This document shows, piece by piece, positions 6,368 to 13,449 of a stretch of 41,075 nucleotides of DNA (within the stretch, counting starts at the first letter, position 1; each line of letters opens with the position of its first letter). The position numbers and the translations under genes are program-made. The notes under the pieces are model-generated. The model was not told where the DNA came from. It searched no databases and saw only the letters and a list, made by a program, of their open reading frames with translations. This DNA comes from an uncultured Gammaproteobacteria bacterium (GTDB lineage Bacteria > Patescibacteriota > Microgenomatia > CAYQLK01): assembly GCA_964426075.1 (NCBI GenBank), contig CAYROP010000003.1, positions 1-41,075 of the forward strand. The letters run 5' to 3'.

Positions 6368-6997
6368 ATGACAAATCGGATCGAGGAACTCAGGTTCCCC
6401 GTGTCTGGGTCTGCCTTGGATAGCTTCCGAAGGGCAGCGAACAACACGAACGAATGGTCAGGAATCTTCGGTAAGATTCTGACTGCGCCATCGGCGGTTT
6501 GGGGACGGAATCAGCCTGCACCTCAGATCTGGGCGCTTATCCGTGTTGACCGGATCAGGAACGATTATCGGCTCCTGTTTCGATTCGTTAACGCGGCCAC
6601 TGGCGATGATCTCCATCTGCAAGGCATCGTCATCGAACACGGACCTTCGAGGGTGGCTGTGCCGATGGTCCATACCAGCATGGCATCGATGGTTGCCGCC
6701 AAAGGCATGTACGGCGTGCGGGGTGAAACCCGTATGCATCATGGGTTTGCGGTAAGCAGTCTTCGGGGTGTTTTTCCGCAGGCTCGCAACCTCGTCGTCA
6801 AGCTCGAAATGCCTTCCGGTGTAACCAGTCCAGTTATTGGTGTTCCGGAGGTGACAGAACCGACGAGCGTAAGCGAGTTCGGCCAGTTTCGCGCGGCAAG
6901 CTCGTCCCGCTTTACCGAAGAGAGGGATTTCCCGCGGAGGGGTACGTTTTCGTACGACCCCCGTCTGGATGGACCCCGACGAGTTTTTCGAAGTTAA
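6368..6997 (+). CDS. hypothetical protein (209 aa), N-terminal ELRF motif
   Basis: GAGGA SD and ATG start. The N-terminus IEELRFPVS...NEW resembles ORF 7630 (VELRFDLS...ANW). Confidence 0.6.
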   Translation: MTNRIEELRFPVSGSALDSFRRAANNTNEWSGIFGKILTAPSAVWGRNQPAPQIWALIRVDRIRNDYRLLFRFVNAATGDDLHLQGIVIEHGPSRVAVPMVHTSMASMVAAKGMYGVRGETRMHHGFAVSSLRGVFPQARNLVVKLEMPSGVTSPVIGVPEVTEPTSVSEFGQFRAASSSRFTEERDFPRRGTFSYDPRLDGPRRVFRS

Positions 6998-7040
6998 CCT
7001 CGAAGAAAACGACTGCAGTTAATGTAGTCACAAGCCTTAT

Positions 7041-7074
7041 GGGCGTCTCTGTAATAAGAGGCGCCCTTTTTTTT
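7041..7074 (+). terminator. intrinsic terminator
   Basis: Stem GGGCGTCTCT, loop GTAATA, stem AGAGGCGCCC, then T8. The stem core matches the terminator at 1179. Confidence 0.8.
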
Positions 7075-7096
7075 ATAAATTTTCTAATGTATTTAT

Positions 7097-7134
7097 CCTG
7101 TAGTATTGGATTTTTATGGATAGACTAGTATAAT
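7097..7134 (+). promoter_or_regulatory. cassette promoter module type I (box CCTGTAGTAT + TTGGAT-N17-TATAAT)
   Basis: Box at 7097-7106, -35 at 7106-7111, -10 at 7129-7134. Confidence 0.6.
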
Positions 7135-7186
7135 TTGCTCCAGCTCGTTAACAGACCATCAATACCAAAGAAATGGGGAATGCGAG

Positions 7187-7624
7187 ATGTCTGAGATTTT
7201 GTCCTTCAGGGCGACTTTCGACCAGCAAGCCAGGTTGAAGCTCGAGAAGGAGCCATTTGCCAATTGGCCGACGATCCTTTGGGATGTCGTGGCTGACGGC
7301 AGACAATTAAGGCATTTTCGTGCCAAGAACTTGACGATTTCGGTCGTCTACAAGCTGTTCTTTCCCTATCGCAAGTGGCTGGTTTTCATGGCCACGAACG
7401 AACAAAATCCTACTGCTGTTCCTGCTGAAATCACAGGGCTTGAGATCCATACTGATCACGCCAATGTTCCTGTGATCAAGTCGAGGGTTTTCCCTGAAGG
7501 GATTGCTGGTGGTGAGGCGTTTGTGGGCTTACGATATTTCGACGCGGTCGATATCAGGGACCAGATCAAGCAACTCACTGGCATCTACTTCACCGTTCGG
7601 GTCCCTGAAACTGTGGAGGCCTAA
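7187..7624 (+). CDS. hypothetical protein, first gene of a 3-gene cassette
   Basis: ATG start and GC3-rich codons. The PFANWP motif parallels LANW and KTWP in the next two ORFs. Confidence 0.6.
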   Translation: MSEILSFRATFDQQARLKLEKEPFANWPTILWDVVADGRQLRHFRAKNLTISVVYKLFFPYRKWLVFMATNEQNPTAVPAEITGLEIHTDHANVPVIKSRVFPEGIAGGEAFVGLRYFDAVDIRDQIKQLTGIYFTVRVPETVEA

Positions 7625-7629
7625 ACAAG

Positions 7630-8061
7630 ATGGAGAGTGTTGAGCTAAGGTTCGATCTCTCGCCTTGGGCTGAGATGTATATCTCCGGCCGAGGTTTGGC
7701 CAACTGGGTCATCGATCTTGAGAACCATCTTGGCGCTCTGCCAACTCTCAAGGAGGGTAGTATCCACGAGGTGTTTTTGCGGGAGTGTATTTTTGCCGGG
7801 GTCAGAAGTGATCTTAAAGCAAAAGACGGTCCTGCTATAGACTTTCGATTCATGCGAGATGGGACAACGGCACAAGTCGGTGTTCAATCGCTTGTATTGG
7901 AAGGTAACGGTTCGCAACCAGAACCCCTTGAAGCGAAAGAGCGGTGGTCGGCTGATTTTCGACAGACGGTTTGGCGATTTGGCCAGGTCGAGTTCGAAGA
8001 AAGAATGGCCAAAGGCAGCAAGACGCTGGTATTGGCTGTTTATCCATTGCAGGGCAAGTAA
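7630..8061 (+). CDS. hypothetical protein, second gene of the 3-gene cassette
   Basis: A GGAGG SD sits inside the end of the previous ORF, 10 nt before the ATG. No terminator lies in between. Confidence 0.6.
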   Translation: MESVELRFDLSPWAEMYISGRGLANWVIDLENHLGALPTLKEGSIHEVFLRECIFAGVRSDLKAKDGPAIDFRFMRDGTTAQVGVQSLVLEGNGSQPEPLEAKERWSADFRQTVWRFGQVEFEERMAKGSKTLVLAVYPLQGK

Positions 8062-8094
8062 GTGCTCTGTTTCAGGTGAGTAAAGGAGGCTGTT

Positions 8095-8553
8095 CTGAAG
8101 CGGTCGTTCGAGATTCCTCTTGCGTCTTGGAAATATTCTTGGACGCGTAAGCCAGTTAAGACTTGGCCCATGGTCATAGCTCAGCTGGTCGACATGTCGG
8201 AGGATACCCAACAGGCATTGGAGGGGATAATGCTCGAAATTATTCCTGCCAACATTGTTGGTCAGGGCGCGGTTTGCTTTGGTTTTGTTCGGACCTCAAA
8301 AACCCGAAAAGCCAAAGTTCGTGTCTATTTCGAGACGGATACGGAAGACACCGGAGTATTCGAAGGTGTTTCTTCCTCTGGAATCGACGGATCTGGTACG
8401 GGAAACCGTATTTTTTTCCTTCGGGAATTGGAGCGGGTTCTGCCGATTGCCAACAAACTCGTTATCGAAGTCGATGACGGGAATGGCGACTCTGCGCCAC
8501 GAAGAAGTTTGTGGCGGCGGATAAATCTTGGTTTCGGGGGTAGAGATAGGTAG
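8095..8553 (+). CDS. hypothetical protein, third gene of the cassette; proposed CTG start (the track calls ATG 8170)
   Basis: The frame is open from 8080. A perfect AAGGAGG (8083-8089) lies 5 nt before CTG 8095, while ATG 8170 has no SD. The added N-terminus SFEIPLASW...KTWP matches the N-termini of the paralogs. Confidence 0.5.
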   Translation: MKRSFEIPLASWKYSWTRKPVKTWPMVIAQLVDMSEDTQQALEGIMLEIIPANIVGQGAVCFGFVRTSKTRKAKVRVYFETDTEDTGVFEGVSSSGIDGSGTGNRIFFLRELERVLPIANKLVIEVDDGNGDSAPRRSLWRRINLGFGGRDR

Positions 8554-8566
8554 TCTGGTCTGACAT

Positions 8567-8598
8567 GGGCGCTCTTTAAAAAGAGCGCCTTTTTTTTT
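8567..8598 (+). terminator. intrinsic terminator closing the island
   Basis: Stem GGCGCTCTT, loop TAAA, stem AAGAGCGCC, then T9. Confidence 0.8.
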
Positions 8599-8653
8599 AA
8601 GCAATTGGAGAGATTTGCTTGCCTGTAAATATTAATATGGTTAATATAAAAGT

Positions 8654-10336
8654 ATGAATGTTAAAAAATTCATAACTAGCGGAGCTGTAGGTATTTGTAT
8701 GCTTGTTTTGACAATTGCTCCCGCTTTGGCTGATTCAGCTGGTGTGGATTTTGAGAGTTATACATTAGGCTCGATTTCTGGTCAGGATGGGTGGAGTAAT
8801 GCGGTGAATCCTGTCTATGATCAGGCGGTGGTGTCAAATACATACGGGTATTCAAGCTTTGGTTTAAAGTCGTTGAGAGTGTCAGATGCTGTAACAAGTG
8901 GGTCTTTTGGTGATTGGATTTTTGCAAAACCTTTGGCAGATTCTGTTGGTGAGACCGCAGCGACAAGTGGGTCTTTTTCTCCAGGCTTGAAGCAGACTCA
9001 CTTTGAAACTCAGTTCGATATCGCATCGACACAACTGGCTCAGCAAACAGGAATGCATGTTTCTATTTCTCCTGATCGTGGTGATGGTTCAAGAATGAGC
9101 TATTTACGTTTTGAAGATGGAGCAGGGGGAATTAATGTGTTTTTTGATGATGTTCAAGGTACATCTAATCCTGCTAACTTTGTTGAGACACAAATCGGAA
9201 CTGATCTCAGTCGAACTGTACCTCACACAATTCGGTTGACGATGGATGTTGTTGAGGGTCCGTCAAACGATGTGGTTAAAGTCTGGATTGATGGAAATTT
9301 GGTTATTACTGGTACAAGCTGGGAAAATTACTATCGATTTGATAGCGAAGCCTCAGCAGAACAGAGTCCAAGGATCGTGAAGACGGTGATAATTCAGGCC
9401 AGGGGTTCGGCAAATCCAGCAAATTTGGGTAAAGGGTATTTATTTGACAATTTTTCGTTAACTTCATCAACATCAACCGCGCCGTCAGTACCAGTTGTTA
9501 CCTTGCCGGCCAATAACGCAGTTGTAACTACTTCAACGCTAACCAAAATTGACTGGACTGATTCAACTGGGGGGACTAATCCGCCGTTTGAATATCGGTA
9601 CGAAGCGTTTAATGATGCGGGTTATACGACAAGTATTTATACAAGTGCTTGGCTTAGTGTGTCTGAGATTCCTACACCAGGGACATCACCGGGGGTTTAT
9701 TATGTCCGTGTTAAAGCAAGGAATGCTTTGGGTGACGAAACAGCTTGGAGTAACGACGCACTTAACCCGTACAAAATCACCGTTATTGCTGATGGGCCGG
9801 TGCTTGTTGGTCCACCGACTGATAAAAACCAGTGTAAGAGAAATGGTTGGAGAGCGTTTAATAATCCGACTTTTAATAACCAGGGTCAGTGTGAAAAATA
9901 TGTTAAAGACCATAAAGACGACGGGAAGGCTGAAGGTGACTTGAGGCTAGTTAATCCAAATCAGAGAATTAAGTTTAAGTTGTCTGAAAAAGATGTATCT
10001 AATTCGAATCATCACAAGTCAGGACATAATTATGTCGAGTACTGGAACTACGAATATCCTGGAATTTTGCATTACAAGGCAAAAGTGATTTGTGCAGAAG
10101 TTGATAAGATTACCAAGGAGGCGAGATTCGTCTTTCAAATCCCCAATGGTTGGCCAGGACTATCAGGTTTGTATGTGGTTGCATATGTTAAAGATATTAA
10201 ACAAAAGGGGGTAGCCGATCTGTATGGTCATGCTGCAACGGCTGATTTAACTATTGCTAATGCTTGGTGCGATACTGGAGTAGGGTTTAGCCCTTCAATG
10301 TACTCGGTGGTGAAGGGTAAAGTAGAGGTTAAATAA
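8654..10336 (+). CDS. secreted protein of unknown function (signal peptide)
   Basis: Signal peptide MNVKKFITSGAVGICMLVLTIAPALA|DS. 560 aa with AT-rich codon usage. There is a possible Fn3-like segment in the middle. No catalytic motif recognised. Confidence 0.8.
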   Translation: MNVKKFITSGAVGICMLVLTIAPALADSAGVDFESYTLGSISGQDGWSNAVNPVYDQAVVSNTYGYSSFGLKSLRVSDAVTSGSFGDWIFAKPLADSVGETAATSGSFSPGLKQTHFETQFDIASTQLAQQTGMHVSISPDRGDGSRMSYLRFEDGAGGINVFFDDVQGTSNPANFVETQIGTDLSRTVPHTIRLTMDVVEGPSNDVVKVWIDGNLVITGTSWENYYRFDSEASAEQSPRIVKTVIIQARGSANPANLGKGYLFDNFSLTSSTSTAPSVPVVTLPANNAVVTTSTLTKIDWTDSTGGTNPPFEYRYEAFNDAGYTTSIYTSAWLSVSEIPTPGTSPGVYYVRVKARNALGDETAWSNDALNPYKITVIADGPVLVGPPTDKNQCKRNGWRAFNNPTFNNQGQCEKYVKDHKDDGKAEGDLRLVNPNQRIKFKLSEKDVSNSNHHKSGHNYVEYWNYEYPGILHYKAKVICAEVDKITKEARFVFQIPNGWPGLSGLYVVAYVKDIKQKGVADLYGHAATADLTIANAWCDTGVGFSPSMYSVVKGKVEVK

Positions 10337-10367
10337 GTGCGTTATTAGTTGGGTTTTGGAACGGGGC

Positions 10368-11039
10368 TTATATTAAATTCAGGATTGTTTGAATGGTTTT
10401 TTGATTGAAGATTATTTTGTGGTGTCCTTTAATCGGAAGAGTAATATTTTCTGAAGCGGAATTGAGTTTGGTTTGTTTAGGGTGCCAAACATGATTGTCA
10501 AAAGTTGGGGTGATTGTGCATATTTTTTTATCAAGATCGCATTTGCTGTTTAAATTTTGGACGGTTTCACTATTAGGATGGAGTTCTTTAAATGGTTTGC
10601 CAATTAAGTATTTGGTTAGGTTTGAACCATGGAATGGGGTAGCAATTGCGATTATTTTTTTGATTTTTGGAGAAACTGGAGAATTGTTAAGTAAGTGTTT
10701 GGCAATTAGACCGCCTTTGGAATGGGCAACAATTACAACATTTTGTAATGAGTTGTCGAGAATTATTTGCTCAATAAGTTTTGCCTGATTTGGAACTGAA
10801 TCGAGATTATGTCCAAGCTCTGGGGCGATATAAACAGGGTGGCCGGCTAATGAAATAGCATCGCCTAGTTTTTTCATAAATCCCCATTTAAGTGTGACGC
10901 CTTGGATTAGGATAACTGGGTTTTTGCCGTTTATTACGTGTCCGAGATAGTGTTTGGGTGGCTTGCGGTGTTGATACATCATTCGCCAGCCGTTGGCCAT
11001 ATACGCGTAATCAATTGCCCAGTCTAATATTTTTCTCAT
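10368..11039 (-). CDS. alpha/beta-hydrolase (lipase/esterase-like)
   Basis: Nucleophile elbow VIVAHSKGG; 223 aa. Confidence 0.7.
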   Translation of the reverse strand: MRKILDWAIDYAYMANGWRMMYQHRKPPKHYLGHVINGKNPVILIQGVTLKWGFMKKLGDAISLAGHPVYIAPELGHNLDSVPNQAKLIEQIILDNSLQNVVIVAHSKGGLIAKHLLNNSPVSPKIKKIIAIATPFHGSNLTKYLIGKPFKELHPNSETVQNLNSKCDLDKKICTITPTFDNHVWHPKQTKLNSASENITLPIKGHHKIIFNQKTIQTILNLI

Positions 11040-11119
11040 ACTCTAAGTACAGTTTATCTTAATTTTAGTAATCAACAAGTCTTGACGAATAAAACCCGAA
11101 TATGTGATACGATAGCATC

Positions 11120-12268
11120 ATGATACCTTTGGCAGCTAAGATTCGACCTTCTGATTTGAGTGGATTTGTTGGTCAAAATCATTTAGTAGGACAAGGTAAA
11201 CCAATTCGGGTTGCGATTGATAAGAAACATTTATTTTCATTTGTTTTATGGGGACCTCCTGGTGTGGGTAAGACCACTTTGGCAAGAATTTATGCTAACT
11301 CTCTTGGGGCTGAAATGTATGAGTTGTCAGCAGTTTCGGCAGGTAAAGAGGATATTCGTAAAATAATTGGCAAAGATAACCTTCAGGAGTCACTAGCACC
11401 TAAGGTTTTGTTCTTAGATGAGATTCATAGGTTTAATAAAAGCCAGCAAGATTTTTTGTTGCCATTTGTGGAGAGTGGAAAATTAACACTAATTGGGGCA
11501 ACAACTGAAAATCCAAGTTTTGAAGTAATTCCGGCGTTATTGTCTAGGTGTCGGGTTTTTGTATTGAATGCTTTATCAGAAAAGGAAATGAACGAAATTA
11601 TTGACCGCACTGGTATAGAGATTGATTTAGAAGCTCGAAAATGGCTAATTGCAATGGCGGACGGTGATGGGAGGCAGGCGATCACAATGCTGGAAAATAC
11701 TCAGAATTTGTATAAAAAAATAACAATTGAGAATCTTAAGAAGGCATTACAAAACAAGTTTTTGCGTTACGACAAAGCTGGTGAAGAACATTACAACACA
11801 ATTAGTGCGTTTATCAAAAGTATGCGGGCAGGTGATGCTGATGCTGCAATCTATTATCTTGCGCGGATGATCGACGCTGGGGAGGATCCTAAATTTATTG
11901 CTCGCCGAATGGTTATTTTTGCTTCAGAGGATGTGGGACTAGCTGTACCAACAGCGTTAGTTGTAGCAAATGAAGTTTTTCGAGCAGTTGAAACTATTGG
12001 TTATCCTGAATGTTCAATTAACCTTGTACACGGGGTAGCTTATTTGGCTAATTGTAAAAAAGATAGGAGTGCATATGATGCCTTGCAGGAGGCTCTGGTT
12101 GATGTAAAAAAATTAGGAAACTTGCCAATACCTCTTAAAGTTAGAAACGCGCCAACGAAGCTTATGAAAGACATTGGCTACGGAAAGGGATATGAAATGT
12201 ACGGAAAGGAATCGCTGTTGCCTGACGAATTAAAAGGAAAGAAATATTTGAAGAAAAAGAAGGATTAG
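11120..12268 (+). CDS. rarA: replication-associated recombination protein A (MgsA/RarA AAA+ ATPase)
   Basis: Walker A GPPGVGKTTLARI, Walker B LFLDEIHRF, and the C-terminal AAIYYLARMIDAGEDP. Confidence 0.9.
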   Translation: MIPLAAKIRPSDLSGFVGQNHLVGQGKPIRVAIDKKHLFSFVLWGPPGVGKTTLARIYANSLGAEMYELSAVSAGKEDIRKIIGKDNLQESLAPKVLFLDEIHRFNKSQQDFLLPFVESGKLTLIGATTENPSFEVIPALLSRCRVFVLNALSEKEMNEIIDRTGIEIDLEARKWLIAMADGDGRQAITMLENTQNLYKKITIENLKKALQNKFLRYDKAGEEHYNTISAFIKSMRAGDADAAIYYLARMIDAGEDPKFIARRMVIFASEDVGLAVPTALVVANEVFRAVETIGYPECSINLVHGVAYLANCKKDRSAYDALQEALVDVKKLGNLPIPLKVRNAPTKLMKDIGYGKGYEMYGKESLLPDELKGKKYLKKKKD

Positions 12269-12759
12269 ACTTTGAGGAGTAGACCGACAGCTATACCGAT
12301 TGTGGCAGCAATTCCTCCCACTAAAAGCATTTCAAGTCCGGAGCGATTGCGGTTGATTTTGACAATTTTACCTTTTGTATAACCAAGTAAATATAGACCA
12401 ATAAAAGCGCAAATTACTGAAATAAATCCAGCTTCAGGAAGAGGGAAAAACATTATGGGTAAGACTGGAATGAGACCAGCTAAGGCGTAAGATCCGAACA
12501 TGATTAGTCCGCCAAAAATAAAATTTTCTGACTTGAGATCATCCTTTTCTAATTGATGAACTGCTCGCTCGGACAAAAATTCACCCGCACCCATACTGCT
12601 TGCTTCAACAGCGATTGTAATAAGAGCAGCAAGCAAAATGAAATCTTTGCTTGGAGAGGCGGCAATTAGTCCGACGATCATTCCTGTGGTAGAAACGAGT
12701 GCATCTTCGACACCAAATAGTGAACTGCGTAGGTAGTCGTCTTCGACGGTTGTAGGCAT
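12265..12759 (-). CDS. VIT1/CCC1-family membrane protein (Fe/Mn transporter-like)
   Basis: FGVEDALVSTTGMIVGL motif and several TM helices. It overlaps the rarA stop by 4 nt, convergently. Confidence 0.7.
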   Translation of the reverse strand: MPTTVEDDYLRSSLFGVEDALVSTTGMIVGLIAASPSKDFILLAALITIAVEASSMGAGEFLSERAVHQLEKDDLKSENFIFGGLIMFGSYALAGLIPVLPIMFFPLPEAGFISVICAFIGLYLLGYTKGKIVKINRNRSGLEMLLVGGIAATIGIAVGLLLKV

Positions 12760-12858
12760 AAGTATATTTTACTCTAAAATGTTTTGTGTTTTTTAATGAT
12801 TGATATAATGTTTATGCATTATCTGTTGAAGTAAAAGTCTGCCTGAATATGTATAAAC

Positions 12859-13443
12859 ATGCTTGAAATTAAGAGAGATGGTGGAGTTACTAGCGATGTT
12901 GAAAATCCTTTAAAAGAAAAAACAGAAATTGAAAGAAAGTTTTTGGTTCGAGATCTAAGTACAGTGGATTTTGAGGGTTTGGAGGGTGTTGAAATAATTC
13001 AGGGGTATTTAGCAATCGGTGAAAATGGTGACGAGTTGAGAGTTAGACAAAAAGGTGAAAAATATTTTTTAACAAAGAAAAGCGGAACTGGAATAACTAG
13101 GGAGGAAGATGAGGGGGAAATTACAGGCGAAGAGTTTGAGTTGTTGTATTCACAAACTGAAGGTTTAAGAGTTGAAAAAACTAGATATGTTATTCCATAC
13201 GGTGATTATCAAATTGAGCTTGATGTGTTTGGGGGGAGTTTAAAAGGAATAGTAACAGCCGAAGTTGAGTTTGGAGAAGGACAAAATGCGATGAGATTCC
13301 GGCCACCGTCTTGGTTAGGGAATGAAGTAACGGAAGGTGGTGTTTATTCCAATCAGCAATTAGCGGGGCTTGCTCAGGAACTAGAAACAGTTGGATTGGG
13401 TAGTGGAGAAGTGCAAGGTGAGGCTGCAGAATTCGGGTTGTGA
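12859..13443 (+). CDS. CYTH-domain protein (triphosphate tunnel metalloenzyme)
   Basis: ExExK signature EIERKFLV near the N-terminus; 194 aa. Confidence 0.75.
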   Translation: MLEIKRDGGVTSDVENPLKEKTEIERKFLVRDLSTVDFEGLEGVEIIQGYLAIGENGDELRVRQKGEKYFLTKKSGTGITREEDEGEITGEEFELLYSQTEGLRVEKTRYVIPYGDYQIELDVFGGSLKGIVTAEVEFGEGQNAMRFRPPSWLGNEVTEGGVYSNQQLAGLAQELETVGLGSGEVQGEAAEFGL

Positions 13444-13449
13444 GAAGGA

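Larger units (their letters stand above)
133..8598. other. G+C-rich, GC3-biased island: divergent zinc-knuckle operon plus >=11 autonomous promoter-ORF-terminator cassettes
   Basis: Hand counts: 47-57% G+C in 60-nt blocks of 901-1080 versus 32-40% in 11121-11240. 24/40 G/C-ending codons in ORF 898 versus 7/40 in rarA. AT-rich promoters and hairpin/T-run terminators repeat between the ORFs. Confidence 0.75.

Noticed and set aside
880-8211. Long antisense ORFs inside the G+C-rich island: 880-1167, 2081-2308, 2890-3399, 3561-3791, 3924-4451, 4558-5115, 5235-5555, 7645-8211 and 8296-8604, all on the minus strand.
   Set aside because: They mirror plus-strand ORFs that have SD sequences, GC3 periodicity, paralog support, and promoters and T-run terminators oriented for the plus strand. 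High-GC coding DNA routinely produces such shadow ORFs.
827-8598. CRISPR array or classical integron (attC) interpretation of the repeated intergenic elements.
   Set aside because: The repeat units are 400-1500 bp apart and enclose translated ORFs, so this is not a CRISPR array. The hairpins are short 8-10-bp GC stems followed by T-runs, which fits intrinsic terminators and not 60-140-bp attC sites with a GTTRRRY core. No intI-type integrase lies adjacent to the array within the window.
8500-8700. The composition switch at about 8.6 kb as an assembly chimera.
   Set aside because: I cannot exclude this without reads. It is not favoured because the island's intergenic DNA is AT-rich, with sigma70-type promoters like the rest of the window. 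Two further G+C-rich patches (29.9-31.9 kb, 40.2 kb) are embedded between housekeeping genes, and the promoter spacer TTTTGAGGCTAAA recurs at 1235 and 40111.
8654-10336. A diversity-generating retroelement target, or another repeat-driven variable protein.
   Set aside because: No reverse transcriptase gene and no template/variable repeat pair is visible in the window.
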